Notes: generated by a model from the letters alone, not told the origin. A stretch of 64,000 nucleotides of DNA from an uncultured Acidobacteriota bacterium (GCA_963846685.1 CAWJWY010000002.1:1924023-1988022), one strand, 5' to 3'; counted from the first letter of the stretch, positions 1 to 10,731 are shown. Translations and numbers: made by a program.

Positions 1-613
1 GCAGCATGCCGAGCGGCGGAAACGAGACGAGGCTGACTTCCATGAAGCGATCATGCTCGTTCGAGAATATGGCCGGCGGCGGCTGGCCCGCCGACAGGAA
101 ACGAAATCGCGCATCCTCGGAAATCTCGCCGTAGATCATCGACACGAACTTGTGCGGTCCCGACGACTTGTAGAATCGCGCGTTGAGGTTCTCGAACAGC
201 CGCTTGGTGATCCGGCCCGACATATCGAGCTCGTAAATCGCGCCGAGCAGAAACGCCTGGTGCAACATCGCGGCGAGCAGCGCGTCGGTGACGCGATGGC
301 CGGAGACATCGATCAGGGCGATGCCCGCCATGTGCTGGCGGCGCCGCAGCCGGTCGGCAATGTCGCCGCGCTCGCGCGCCAACGCATCGGCGATGCGCGC
401 CGGAAGATTGAACCGCTGTTTGAAGTCGACGTAAATCAGGTGATCGCCGCCAACGATGCCGTTCAGCGCGAGCGCGCCGCCGAAGACGTCGACGCCTTGC
501 AGCCGCGGCAGATCGCCTGACTGGGGCAGCAGGTATTGGGCGATCTGCTCGAAGTTCGCCAGCTCGGCCGTCAGCTGGTGCAGTAGCTCTGTCGTATCGA
601 TCGCTCGCGACAT
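1..613 (-). CDS. PP2C-family (SpoIIE/RsbU-like) serine phosphatase, 3'-truncated by window edge
   Basis: Reverse-strand ATG at 611-613 gives MSRAIDTTELL...; GGDHLIYVDF (GGDFYD-like) and DVSGHRVTDALLAA (DVSGHG-like) motifs of the SpoIIE domain; the ORF runs off position 1. Confidence 0.6.
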   Translation of the reverse strand, partial: MSRAIDTTELLHQLTAELANFEQIAQYLLPQSGDLPRLQGVDVFGGALALNGIVGGDHLIYVDFKQRFNLPARIADALARERGDIADRLRRRQHMAGIALIDVSGHRVTDALLAAMLHQAFLLGAIYELDMSGRITKRLFENLNARFYKSSGPHKFVSMIYGEISEDARFRFLSAGQPPPAIFSNEHDRFMEVSLVSFPPLGML

Positions 614-757
614 CGTGTTATCCGCGCCTCGGGGTGCGACACGCACCGTCGTTCGATGATCGCAATCGTCCGCAACGGTGCGATGTCGACCTGACGATCA
701 CGATGATCCGTCATTCCGGCAAAGGGCGGCAAACCATCCTTCGCGGCGCAGACGCCC

Positions 758-2623
758 CTATTGAGTACCCGGCTTTCCAGGCGTGACCGTGAACGCGGCG
801 GACGTGGCGGTCGCGCCTGTGCCGTCCACGGCGCGGACTCGAACCCGCGCCGCCCGGGTTGGCGGGACATCAACGTTCCAGCGGAACGACGATGTCGTGG
901 CGCCTCGCGTAACGGTGCTTGCCAGGGTTCGCCAGCTGGCGCCGTTGTCGCCGCTGACGTCGACGGCGATGTTCGCGATCCCGAGGTTGTGCTTGAAGAA
1001 AATTGTCTCGATGCGACCGTAAGCGATCGCCGTGGTGCGGGAGGGCTCCAGCATTTCGATAGCTGCGGGCGCGATGACGATGTCGGCGTCGTTCACGTCC
1101 GTGGCGCCGGCATCTCCAACTGCTGTGACCCGCAGCCTCGCGGCGGACGCCGAGGGACCCGTCACAATCCACCAGAAATTCTGCGACTCACCGTCCCTGT
1201 TGGGAACGTTCTGGACAGGTTCCCACGTCGTACCTCCGTCTCGCGTCACGTCGATTTGAAAGTCCCGCGCCGTGCCGGCATACGTCCACGCCAGACGCTG
1301 TCGGCTGTTCACACCCCACCGCGAGGGATCATTCGGCGTCTCGATTCTGATCCCGTTCAGTGATGCTGTCCCCTTGATCAGGACGTCGAACCCGTCTGCG
1401 CCGAGAGTACGGTTCGAAACCAGGTTCGTCGCAGTGGACACGAACGTCACCCAATTGCTGTCGGCGCTGAACGACGCCTCGAATTGACTGCCGTTCGACG
1501 GTTCCCCAGACGCATTCACCACCAGACGATGCGTGATCTGCAACACGGTATCGCGCACATAGACGTCGTCAGCCCTGAACAGTACAAATCGACCATCGCC
1601 GCTGATGCTCGGACTCCCGGCGTACACGTCTTCGAACTCCTTACCGGCGAGGTCTAGTGACACGCGCTGCGTAGTGCCTCGTTCGCGGTCTCGAACGTAG
1701 ACATCCGGGTAACCGTTATGGTCGTCCGGCGTGAGATCCTCTTGCGAGTTGAAGGCGACGAAGCGGCCGTCCCGGCTGAGGCTCACCCGGTCGAAGTAGC
1801 CTCTCGTCTGCGGTTGCCCGGTCAGAGACACGGACGCGAGTTCTGTGCTACCGGCAACGCGGTCGCGGACGATCACCCCGCCGGACGGGTTGGTCGCTGG
1901 GGCGACGATGTTGGTGGGGCCGAAGTCAAAGGCGATGACACTGCCGTCGTAGTTGATCGCAAGCTGGTAATCCGGATCGAACGCCGAACTCACTCGCCTG
2001 AGATCGTCCGAGACATTCGCGAACGCCGTCGTCTTGTCGACTACCCCGTAAAGAAGGACGTCCAGTCGCCCGTTCGGACTCACGGCGGTGTCCGTGTGGG
2101 ACCAGTAGGCGATGAAGCGCCCGTCGCCGCTCATCACGGCTCCGTAGCTGCCCCGGTCTCCCGGTTTGTCGAAGCTGATGCGGGTGGTCGTCTTCAGCTG
2201 CCGATCCCGGACGAATATGTCCAGAACAGCGCCCGCTTCGAGAGCGCCGGACCTCGCCTCGAACACCACGAACCGGCCGTCAGCGCTGATCGAAGGCCCG
2301 CCGGAGATGCCAGTCATCGCGTTTCCCGCGGCATCGACGCTTACCCGTTCCGTCGTGCGCTTCTGCCGGTCACGCACGAAGATTCCGCCGATCGCTGGGC
2401 TCGCACCGTCCAGGTTCGAGGCGCCTGACAGATAGGCGATGTACCTGCCATCGGCGCTCACGGCCGGGCTCCTGCTCGATTCGTCGCCACCCTGCCCTGC
2501 GGCGTTGACACTCACCAGCTCGATTCGCCGCGGAACGGCATTGGCGTGCACCGCCGATGACGATGACAAGACACCCGCCAGCGCGGTGACCAGAAAAGAG
2601 GAACGAAGGACGGAACAAATCAT
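758..2623 (-). CDS. Secreted PD40/TolB-like beta-propeller repeat protein with two C-terminal ~85-aa Ig-like tandem domains
   Basis: ORF 758..2857; internal Met at 2623 starts a signal peptide (MICSVLRSSFLVTALAGVLSSSSAVHA); >=8 repeats of the SADGRFVAF.S.ASNL PD40 motif; C-terminal duplicated segment. Confidence 0.7.
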   Translation of the reverse strand: MICSVLRSSFLVTALAGVLSSSSAVHANAVPRRIELVSVNAAGQGGDESSRSPAVSADGRYIAYLSGASNLDGASPAIGGIFVRDRQKRTTERVSVDAAGNAMTGISGGPSISADGRFVVFEARSGALEAGAVLDIFVRDRQLKTTTRISFDKPGDRGSYGAVMSGDGRFIAYWSHTDTAVSPNGRLDVLLYGVVDKTTAFANVSDDLRRVSSAFDPDYQLAINYDGSVIAFDFGPTNIVAPATNPSGGVIVRDRVAGSTELASVSLTGQPQTRGYFDRVSLSRDGRFVAFNSQEDLTPDDHNGYPDVYVRDRERGTTQRVSLDLAGKEFEDVYAGSPSISGDGRFVLFRADDVYVRDTVLQITHRLVVNASGEPSNGSQFEASFSADSNWVTFVSTATNLVSNRTLGADGFDVLIKGTASLNGIRIETPNDPSRWGVNSRQRLAWTYAGTARDFQIDVTRDGGTTWEPVQNVPNRDGESQNFWWIVTGPSASAARLRVTAVGDAGATDVNDADIVIAPAAIEMLEPSRTTAIAYGRIETIFFKHNLGIANIAVDVSGDNGASWRTLASTVTRGATTSSFRWNVDVPPTRAARVRVRAVDGTGATATSAAFTVTPGKPGTQ

Positions 2624-2886
2624 CGAGAACTCTCGGGGGAAGGGGTCTAGTGGACGAAGCCATGGAGGGTAACCCGGCTCGTCGCCGCCTGCCGGACTCA
2701 TCGTGTGTTTGGCGTTCGCCCGGCGTTTCTCAACCAGAGGGTACCCCTGACGTCCGCCAAGAGTTCCGCGCCGGGCATAATCCCGGCTGCGATTGAGCGT
2801 CGGCCCGGAGGCGGCCGGGCTGACCTGCTGGCAAGCGCGACAATGTGGCGCACGCAACTGCCGGAAAGGCTGACGAGGACTGCCGT

Positions 2887-3699
2887 ATGACGACCACCAA
2901 AGGAACGACCGTCAAGGGAAAGACCCTGTTGCCGGGAGTGACCATCCCAGGAAGTCCGCTCTGGAACATGGGGCTCGCTGCAGCGACCGGCTCGACGACT
3001 GACTTCCATGCGCTGCAGGATGCCATCGACCACCTGACGATCAAGGCCAAACGCTCGCTCCCGTCGGCCTTTACGGTGACCGAAAAGGATTTCCTCGTCG
3101 AGATTTTCGAATCGCTATGGTGGGGCGGCCACGTCAAGAGCTTTCCCGAAGCAGCGGAGCTCGCTGACCACTACGTGAACGGCCGGGGCCTGAAGCTGGA
3201 GATCGACGCGGAGGTGTATACGACATCGGTCATCGTGCGCGATGCCATGGCCGCCATGAAAGATTTTATACGCGCACAGAGCAAGACCGGCCGACTGTTC
3301 GCCAAACTGGATTCGAATTCTTCGGGCTTCCTCGCGTCGCCGCAGTTCAGGACCATCAGAAAAGGGAGCGGGCGCAGTGTCACGACGCAGGGCTATGTGC
3401 TGCCCGGAGGCGTCCTGCTGGCCGAGCAAGCCAACCTGCGGCTGAAAAATGCTGATCATCGCTTCAGACTGCAATCGTTATCTGCACCGCTCGGCGGCGG
3501 CAGGATGCGGACGCGCTGGCAGGTTGATTCGTATTACGATTTCCAGCCGTTTGCGAAAGGCAGTCACGTCACGCACATACCGCTGCGCTCCGGCATGGTG
3601 CTGAAGATGCCAGACGGACTGTCGCACTACATGACGGTGCTCACGATTGCTGACGAGTTCGAGTACTGGGCCGCGTGGACCGATGAATGGACGCTGTAA
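2887..3699 (+). CDS. Hypothetical protein (no recognisable family)
   Basis: Long ORF with ATG at 2887 (MTTTKGTTVKG...); codon usage consistent with neighbours; no motif recognised. Confidence 0.4.
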   Translation: MTTTKGTTVKGKTLLPGVTIPGSPLWNMGLAAATGSTTDFHALQDAIDHLTIKAKRSLPSAFTVTEKDFLVEIFESLWWGGHVKSFPEAAELADHYVNGRGLKLEIDAEVYTTSVIVRDAMAAMKDFIRAQSKTGRLFAKLDSNSSGFLASPQFRTIRKGSGRSVTTQGYVLPGGVLLAEQANLRLKNADHRFRLQSLSAPLGGGRMRTRWQVDSYYDFQPFAKGSHVTHIPLRSGMVLKMPDGLSHYMTVLTIADEFEYWAAWTDEWTL

Positions 3700-3774
3700 G
3701 CGGAGGTGTTGCCGCGCTGGCGTTCCCGCTGCTGTTTGCGGGCGACTGCAGCGCCAGTCAGCGGCCATCCCCCT

Positions 3775-4320
3775 TCAAGCGGTCGTCAGCCTCGCAGGCG
3801 CGGCTCTCGCCCGCCGCGGCAGGCGATAGCGAAGCACGCCCGCGGTCGGATTCCGTTTCACCACCCGGCCGCCACGAAGAATCTCGAGTTCGCCGCACTC
3901 GCTCATCTGCACGGCGCGCTCGCGAACAGCAGGCAAAAGCGCTCGCCAGGTGTCCCCGCCAACGATGCGTGCGATGTCGCTCGGGCAGATCGAGCGGCCC
4001 GGCTGACGGCTGCGCAGCAACGCGCGACACGCCGCTTCGATGCGTCGCTTCGTAGCAGCCGGTGTTGGCGGCAGCCACCACGGGTGGCCGCGCTCTCCGA
4101 GCGCGAGCTTCGCATCGTGCACTCGGCGGCGCGCGTCGCGGACCTCGAGCTGATCCTGCCCATCGCCAACGGCGCGGCGAGCGGCCATCAGCTCATTCAC
4201 CAGTTCCTGGCGGAAGGTGCTGGGGATGCCGGGATCGGTCGTCCGCCAACGTCGGCCATCGACGATGAGGAAGGCGTTTTCCGGGGCAGGGGTCGATGCG
4301 GGTGGGCTTGTCTTCGGCAT
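3775..4320 (-). CDS. DUF3253-like hypothetical protein
   Basis: ORF 3775..4422, probable start at Met 4320; segment AFLIVDGRRWRTTDPGIPSTFRQELVNELMAARRAV resembles DUF3253 family proteins (recollection, not searched). Confidence 0.4.
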   Translation of the reverse strand: MPKTSPPASTPAPENAFLIVDGRRWRTTDPGIPSTFRQELVNELMAARRAVGDGQDQLEVRDARRRVHDAKLALGERGHPWWLPPTPAATKRRIEAACRALLRSRQPGRSICPSDIARIVGGDTWRALLPAVRERAVQMSECGELEILRGGRVVKRNPTAGVLRYRLPRRARAAPARLTTA

Positions 4321-4486
4321 CCGGAGTGACGCCTTCGCTACTCGCTGTCTGACGGGCGCCGAACACGCCCGACGGCCGTACGCGGCCGGGGTGAGGGCCA
4401 CTTGTGGAGGGTGGCGCACCACCGCTCCACAAGGGCCTGCCTCGATCTATTCGCGTGTTCTTGGTTGCGCTAGCTCCGCTGCCGCA

Positions 4487-7400
4487 TCAGAACGACAGCT
4501 TGGTCGCGACCTGGATCACCCGGGGCGCCTGCGACAGCGAGATGACCTTGCCGAAGTTGGCGTTGCTCATGTTCGTGACCGGGTTGCTGGGATTGGCGTG
4601 ATTGAGCAGGTTGAACGCCTCGATGCGCAGCTGGAGCTGCTTCGAACCGGTGACTCGGAAGTTGCGCGACAGGTTCGCGTCGATGTTCCAGCGGCCCGGG
4701 CCCTGGAACGCATCGAGTGGCATCGTGCCGTAAGTGCCTGCCGCCGGCACGGCGAACGCCGCCGGATTGAGCCACTGGTTGTAGCTCGGGTCGGCGACGA
4801 ACGGATCGTCGAGCACCTGGTTTGCGCGCTGCGCATTCTGGCCGGTCAGCGCCGAATCGACACCGGTGGTGACCGTCAGGTAGCTGCCCGAGCGCGCGCT
4901 GACGATCGACGAGACCTGCCAGCCACCGGTGAGTACGCCCAGGACGCCCGGGCCACCGGTAGGCGTCGCATAGACGATCGAGCCATTGAAGATGTGGTCG
5001 TTGGTGTTGGTGCAGCGTGCGTGGTCACGCTCGCGGTCGTGCGGCACCATGTAGGTGTTGCCCGCCGTGCCCGGCTCGTAGTTGATCACGTCCGACGTGC
5101 AGTTGGAGTAGGTGTAGGTGCCCTGCAGGGTGAAGCCGGCGGCGCGGCGGCGCTGCAGCTGGATTGCCACGGCGTCATACGCCCCCTGCCCCTCGCTGAG
5201 CACACCGACGACCGCTGAGTAGTACGGTCCCCACACCGGGTCCTGCAGCGTCAGCTCGCGGCGGGCGTTGACGTTGTTGGCGGTGGATGCGCCTGGGATG
5301 TAGACCGCCGGGTTGAGCGAGTCGGTGGTCCAGGCGTTGCGCGTCCGCGTCGCCAGGTAGTTGAGCGACCAAGCGACGTTGTCGCCGACCTGCTGCTGGT
5401 AGCTCGCATTCCACTGATGGACGTTGGTTGCCGGCTGATCGACCGGGAACGACGTGTACGAACCGCCGAGCGGGAAGGTGAAGTCCTTCGACAGGACGAA
5501 CGGCTGCGGGTTGCCGCCCGGATAGGCCGCCCATGGGTCCTCCCAGCCGTTGGGCAGATTCGTGATGCTCAGGTTGTTGCCGAACGGCGGCATCTGCGGC
5601 AGCGACGAATAGGTCTGCAGGTGCGGCATGTCGTACAAGTGGCCATAGGAAGCGCGCAGTGTCCGGCGCCCCTCGGCGGTCGGATCGTAGACCACGCTCA
5701 GGCGGGGCGAGAAGTTCCACCACTGGTTCTTGGCGATCTTGTTGCCGTCCGGCATGCCAGGGTCGCCCGGGAACATCAGGCCGGGGGGTGCCTTCGGGAA
5801 CACCGTGCTGCGGACACCCTGGTTGAACGCTTCGCGGTCGAAGTGCGTGATGTGGCCGTCCAGTGAGAAGATCGGCAGGTACGGTTCCCAGCGCAGCCCG
5901 TAGTTCACCGTGAAGTTCGGCGACAGGCGCCAGCTGTCCTGGCCGTAGATGCCGATGTAATTCGCCCGGATGGTGTTGCCGGACACGACGCCGGTACCGA
6001 AGTTCGTCGAGCGGCCGAGCAGAAAGTCGGCCAGGCCAAGACCCGTCACCTGACCCGAGAAAGTGTTGGCGCCTACCGCGCGCAGGTACGACATCGAGTT
6101 GTAGACCGTGCGGATGTAATTGGCGCCGACTCCGATGGTGTGCGCCCCCTTGATCGTCGTCAAGTCGTCGGCGATCTGGTAGGCGCGCGTCGGCGTGTCA
6201 CCGGGTTGCGCATTGCTCGCGCCCATCGAGAAGCCGCCGGTCACGTTGACGTTGATCAGCCCCGGCACCGGCGGAATCACCGGGATACCCAGGTCGGTCG
6301 CATCGAGGATGTCGACCGAGTACTTGTGGTAATCGCCGCGGTTGGCAGTCACCCGGATCGAGTTGACGGTATTGCCGGTCATCACCAGCGTGTCGCCGAA
6401 CACGAATGAATAGAGACGGTTCTGGACGTCCGTGCTCTTGATCGCGTTGATGTACTCACTGACGCTCGCCGGCGAATCCTGCTTCTGATACTCCATGCGG
6501 CCGAACACGGTGTGGTTGCCCGACAGCGTGTAGTCGACCTTGCCGATGAGCATGTGCTCATCCTGCTTGTTGACCTGGTCGTAGAACGCCTTGCCACACT
6601 CGTCGATCGGCTGCGTCAGCCGCGCCGACACCGCGAGTGACGCCCGCGAGAAGAGCGCCGGGTTGACCTGGTTGTTGACAAACGGCGCGCGCAGCGTGAT
6701 ATCGCGGCCGCTGTTGCACGCCGGCGACGTCACCGCCCTGAAGTCGCCGCGCAGCATCGCCGCGGTCGGCACGAACTCGAACGCCGACGCCGGCGTCTGG
6801 CGCAGGAACGTCCCCTGGTAGCCGCCGAAGAAGAACAGCTTGTTCCGGATCAGTGGGCCACCGAGCGTTCCACCGGTCTGGTGCCGCTTCAGACCGTCGC
6901 CGCGGCGCTTGCCCGTCTCCGGGTTGACGGAGGCAAACGGGTCCGTCGCGTTGAGGCGAGCGTCGCGATAGAACTCGAAGAGCGTCCCGCTGAAGGTGTT
7001 GGTGCCCGACCGGGTGATCGCGTTCACCGCGCCCGCCGAGTGGCGGCCGTACTGCGCCGTCAGCGCGCTGGTTTCGACCTTGAATTCCTGCAGCGCCTCA
7101 GGGAACGGGAACGGCTGCGGCGCGTTGTTCATCGGATCGTTGTGATACCCGCCGTCGAGCAGGTAGGACGAGCCGTTGGCGAGACCGCCGGCGATGGCGA
7201 TCGTCTGCGTCGTGCCGACACCACCACGGATGCCGCTGAGCGTCCCGCTCTGCACCGCAATACCCGACAGCAGGATCAGGTCGGTGGCGTTGCGGCCGTT
7301 GAGCGGCAGTTCCTGGACTTTCTCGTTGTCGATCACCTGTCCAAGCCCCGGGTTGCGGGTTTCGACAAGCGGCGCGGTCGCTTCGACCTGCACCGTCTCG

Positions 7401-7756
7401 GTGAGCTCACCGACGCCGAGGACAGCGTTCAGCGTCGGGCTGGTCCCGACCTGCAGCACCACGCCGTTCTGTTGGAACGACTTGAACCCCTGCAGCGAGA
7501 ACTCGATCCGGTATGGACCGACCGGCAGCGCGTTGAGTGTGTAGTCGCCGGTCTCGCTGGTCACGGTGGTCCTGACCTGTCCGGTGGCTGTCTGCGTAGC
7601 GGTCACGGTGACCCCCGGCAGCACGCCGCCGCCATCGTCCTTGACGTTGCCGCCGAGCGAGGCAGTGGAAACTGCCTGCGCCGAGGCGGTCGCGACCAGC
7701 GACAACCAGACGAGGAACACCCACGCGAAATTACGGAATCGCTTCATAACAGTCAT
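4487..7756 (-). CDS. TonB-dependent outer-membrane receptor with N-terminal carboxypeptidase-regulatory-like domain
   Basis: 1089-aa intact ORF; signal peptide; CarboxypepD_reg-like N-terminus (GVTVTATQTATGQVRTTVTSETGDYTLNALPVGPYRIEF); C-terminal aromatic ending ...ATKLSF; GGGAG SD 9 nt upstream of ATG 7756. Confidence 0.85.
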   Translation of the reverse strand: MTVMKRFRNFAWVFLVWLSLVATASAQAVSTASLGGNVKDDGGGVLPGVTVTATQTATGQVRTTVTSETGDYTLNALPVGPYRIEFSLQGFKSFQQNGVVLQVGTSPTLNAVLGVGELTETVQVEATAPLVETRNPGLGQVIDNEKVQELPLNGRNATDLILLSGIAVQSGTLSGIRGGVGTTQTIAIAGGLANGSSYLLDGGYHNDPMNNAPQPFPFPEALQEFKVETSALTAQYGRHSAGAVNAITRSGTNTFSGTLFEFYRDARLNATDPFASVNPETGKRRGDGLKRHQTGGTLGGPLIRNKLFFFGGYQGTFLRQTPASAFEFVPTAAMLRGDFRAVTSPACNSGRDITLRAPFVNNQVNPALFSRASLAVSARLTQPIDECGKAFYDQVNKQDEHMLIGKVDYTLSGNHTVFGRMEYQKQDSPASVSEYINAIKSTDVQNRLYSFVFGDTLVMTGNTVNSIRVTANRGDYHKYSVDILDATDLGIPVIPPVPGLINVNVTGGFSMGASNAQPGDTPTRAYQIADDLTTIKGAHTIGVGANYIRTVYNSMSYLRAVGANTFSGQVTGLGLADFLLGRSTNFGTGVVSGNTIRANYIGIYGQDSWRLSPNFTVNYGLRWEPYLPIFSLDGHITHFDREAFNQGVRSTVFPKAPPGLMFPGDPGMPDGNKIAKNQWWNFSPRLSVVYDPTAEGRRTLRASYGHLYDMPHLQTYSSLPQMPPFGNNLSITNLPNGWEDPWAAYPGGNPQPFVLSKDFTFPLGGSYTSFPVDQPATNVHQWNASYQQQVGDNVAWSLNYLATRTRNAWTTDSLNPAVYIPGASTANNVNARRELTLQDPVWGPYYSAVVGVLSEGQGAYDAVAIQLQRRRAAGFTLQGTYTYSNCTSDVINYEPGTAGNTYMVPHDRERDHARCTNTNDHIFNGSIVYATPTGGPGVLGVLTGGWQVSSIVSARSGSYLTVTTGVDSALTGQNAQRANQVLDDPFVADPSYNQWLNPAAFAVPAAGTYGTMPLDAFQGPGRWNIDANLSRNFRVTGSKQLQLRIEAFNLLNHANPSNPVTNMSNANFGKVISLSQAPRVIQVATKLSF

Positions 7757-7881
7757 TTATTCGGGCTCCCTGATAAGGCGGGCCATCATGCCTGTTACCA
7801 CCGGCGCATGCAAGTGCCGCTCGTGGTTCTGCGTCGACTCCGCTACAATCCACCCGCCCGTTTCGCATCTGGGAGGCAGTC

Positions 7882-8331
7882 ATGAGATTCCCCGCGGCGC
7901 TCGGCGTGACGGCGGCAGTCGCGATGGTGTGTACCTCCACCTCCGGCTTCACCCACCATTCGTTCGCAGGCGAGTTCGACAACTCCGTTGCCGTGACGTT
8001 GCAGGGCGTCGTCACGAGCGTCGAGATGATCAACCCGCACAGCTTCATCTACCTGGACGTGAAAACGGCGGGTCGCGTCGAGCGGTGGGCGCTCGAGGGG
8101 CCCGCTCCGAGGCAGCTATTACGGATGGGGTTGCAACCCGACTCGATCAAGCCGGGCGACGAGGTCGGCGCCTGCGGCTACCTTGCCAGGCACGATGTGG
8201 TGCGCACCAGGATCGAGCCGGGCGCGGCGCGGCCCGCGCGCAAGCTGCAGGCCGCAGTGCTGACGATGCCGCACTCGGGAACGGTGGTCTGGAACAACTA
8301 TCGCCAGGGGAAGTGCGGGCTCGACACGTAA
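7882..8331 (+). CDS. Small secreted hypothetical protein (possibly DUF6152-like)
   Basis: 149-aa ORF with signal peptide; HHSFAGEFD...NPHSFIYLDV pattern. Confidence 0.45.
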   Translation: MRFPAALGVTAAVAMVCTSTSGFTHHSFAGEFDNSVAVTLQGVVTSVEMINPHSFIYLDVKTAGRVERWALEGPAPRQLLRMGLQPDSIKPGDEVGACGYLARHDVVRTRIEPGAARPARKLQAAVLTMPHSGTVVWNNYRQGKCGLDT

Positions 8332-8458
8332 TCAACGCGTGGTAGATCGAGCGCTGGTCGTGCTCAGGCGCCATTCTCTGGGCAGCGGCGACGCTCGAAG
8401 GGCGCAGTGCGGTGGCCATCGACGCGACGCGACAGGTCGCGACGAAGGCGCCGCATCA

Positions 8459-10135
8459 TCACGCTGGCGCGTTGGCCTGGACGGCAGAGTTTCCGGTAAC
8501 ACTGGCTCCCGGCCGCCGCGGCTCACCAACCTTGTAGCGTGCCGGGATGCCCAGCAGCTCGAGGCACAGCGGCGCAATGTCTACCGAGCGCAGGTGCCGC
8601 GGGAGGGCGCGGGGCGCATTCGCCAGGATGAGCGGGCTGAGCGAGTCGAGTGCATGCAGAGCGCCGTGCGAGGCGCCGCCACAATGGGCCTCGCCGCCGG
8701 GCACCTCGAACTCGCAGCCCGGCTGGGCGGTCACCCACAACTCGCCGCTCTGCTTCATCTCCAGGACGCCGGCGATACGCTCGAACGCGTTCGGATAGTC
8801 GCGCGACTCGATCAGGCGCCCGTCACGTTCGAGCCGCAGCACCTCGAGATCGCCGCGCCACGCCCACGCTGTGCCCCACGCATCCGACCCGCCATCAGCC
8901 GCTGTGCCCGGCCAGAAGTCGAGACGCCCCGCCGGCCCGAGCACGGTGTAACCGCTACCGTCGTCGGTCAGGGCTGATTTCCACATCACCAGGTCGACAC
9001 GCGGATCGCGCAGCGTGGCGCGGGCGACCCGCTCGACGAGCGCTGGCGACGGCCGTTGCAGGTAGATCTGCGCCGCCCGCATGTTGGGGCAGATCATGAT
9101 CTCGTCCTCCGGCCGCCAGCCCTTACCCAGGTCGGCGTGCGCGAACTCGCCCAGCACCGTCTGCAGCTCGATCACCGCCGCCTCGCGATCGGCGAGGATT
9201 TCGCAGTGCCCGTGATCGGATGTGACGATGACGCACGTGTCACGCATGAAGCGGTCGAACCCGCCCGCCGCATCGAACATCGCGCCAAGAGCACTATCCA
9301 CGCCCTGCAGCACCGGCAGCGCGGCGTGCGGACCGACCTTGTGGCTCTGGTAGTCGTTGTCGGCGAAATAGGCGACGGTGAAGTCCGGAAACGCGGCGTC
9401 GGCCGCGAGCTGCTGCAGCAGCTCCGCCGTCGACGCGTCGTCCATGCCGAAGCGATGGATGACGCCGCTCTTGCCGTGCAGCTTGCTGCGGCGCCGCTTC
9501 GTTTCGCGGCCGGTGACGAAATCGCCGAGGCTGAGCAGCTTTGGCCCTTTGACCGTCTCCGTCAGGGGCACACCCGGCAGCAACGCCAGGAGCCACGGCA
9601 CGTTCACCTTGTGAGTGACGATGCCGCGGTGGACCAGGTAGTTGAGGCATGCGGCGGAACGGCCGGCCTGCTCAACCAGCTCGAACATTGTCGGTGCCGT
9701 CAGGCGATCGCCGTTCAACCTCACCAGGAAGTCGCGCAAAAAAGCGCCGAACCCCTCCTTGGCGATCACCCAGAAATCGTCGCCGTAGTACGCCACCTCG
9801 CCGCGCGCATCGTCGAACCACGAGGCGCCGGCGATACCATGCTCCGCCGGATACGCGCCAGTGATGATCGAGCTGGTGGCGGCCGGGGTAATCGAGGGAA
9901 AGATCGTCGCCGACTGCTGGTGCATTTCCCCTGCGCCGGCGAGCCGCTTCAGGTTGGGGAGCAGCCCCGTCTGTACAGCCGGACAGAAGACGCGCGGCGA
10001 GGCCGCGTCGATGACGACGAGCAGGAGCTTCACGAGAAGAATGCTTGCAATGTGAGTGCCTCGACCGCGCGCACCGTCAGCTGGAGCAAGTGCGGCACTC
10101 GACGGGCGACCCGGCCGGGTGGCCTCCGCCGACAC
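8459..10135 (-). CDS. Alkaline-phosphatase-superfamily nucleotide pyrophosphatase/phosphodiesterase (type I phosphodiesterase family)
   Basis: LLVVIDAASPRVF, SITPAATSSIITGAYPAEHGI and TSDHGH motifs; start uncertain (90-nt overlap with the divergent ogt ORF suggests a later or alternative start). Confidence 0.7.
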   Translation of the reverse strand: MSAEATRPGRPSSAALAPADGARGRGTHIASILLVKLLLVVIDAASPRVFCPAVQTGLLPNLKRLAGAGEMHQQSATIFPSITPAATSSIITGAYPAEHGIAGASWFDDARGEVAYYGDDFWVIAKEGFGAFLRDFLVRLNGDRLTAPTMFELVEQAGRSAACLNYLVHRGIVTHKVNVPWLLALLPGVPLTETVKGPKLLSLGDFVTGRETKRRRSKLHGKSGVIHRFGMDDASTAELLQQLAADAAFPDFTVAYFADNDYQSHKVGPHAALPVLQGVDSALGAMFDAAGGFDRFMRDTCVIVTSDHGHCEILADREAAVIELQTVLGEFAHADLGKGWRPEDEIMICPNMRAAQIYLQRPSPALVERVARATLRDPRVDLVMWKSALTDDGSGYTVLGPAGRLDFWPGTAADGGSDAWGTAWAWRGDLEVLRLERDGRLIESRDYPNAFERIAGVLEMKQSGELWVTAQPGCEFEVPGGEAHCGGASHGALHALDSLSPLILANAPRALPRHLRSVDIAPLCLELLGIPARYKVGEPRRPGASVTGNSAVQANAPA

Positions 10136-10158
10136 GTCATAGAATCAACCCACCGCCC

Positions 10159-10731
10159 ATGACCGGACCCTGCTTCATCCGTCAGCTCGACTCCCCCGTC
10201 GGCCCGCTGATCGTTGCTGCGGCCGACGCGGGCATCTGCCTGCTGGAGTTCGCCGATCCGGCGCGCAGCGAAGGACATCGGCAGCGGCTTCGACGTCTAT
10301 TCGGCGCCGACATGGTCGACGCCGAACATCCATACCTGTCGCAGCTCGAGACAGAGCTCCGCGACTACTTTGCCGGCGGCCTCCAGCAGTTCACCGTTCC
10401 GGTCGCCGCCCCCGGCACGCCATTCCAGGAGCGTGTCTGGTCACAGTTGTGCCAGATTCCGTATGGCAAGACGCGGTGCTATGAACAGATTGCCGCGGCC
10501 GTCGGGGCAGCCGGCGCCCAGAGAGCGGTCGGCCGGGCCAACGGCAGCAACCGCGTGGCGATCGTCATTCCGTGTCATCGTGTCGTGAACAAGGACGGCG
10601 GGCTCGGCGGTTACGCCGGCGAGGGGTGGCGTAAGGAAGCGCTGCTGGGCCTCGAGCGCACGGGCCGGCTGCTGCCGCGGGCCGGACTCTTCGTCGAGCC
10701 GGCAGCGCCGGTGCATCGGGACGTGCCGTAA
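10159..10731 (+). CDS. ogt: Methylated-DNA--protein-cysteine methyltransferase
   Basis: PCHRVV active-site motif; YGKTRCYEQIAAAVG...NRVAIVIPCHRVV; start at ATG 10159 (MTGPCFIRQLDSPVGPL). Confidence 0.8.
   Translation: MTGPCFIRQLDSPVGPLIVAAADAGICLLEFADPARSEGHRQRLRRLFGADMVDAEHPYLSQLETELRDYFAGGLQQFTVPVAAPGTPFQERVWSQLCQIPYGKTRCYEQIAAAVGAAGAQRAVGRANGSNRVAIVIPCHRVVNKDGGLGGYAGEGWRKEALLGLERTGRLLPRAGLFVEPAAPVHRDVP

Noticed and set aside
9056-10162. 368-aa plus-strand ORF
   Set aside because: Antisense to the nucleotide pyrophosphatase gene, which has clear family motifs
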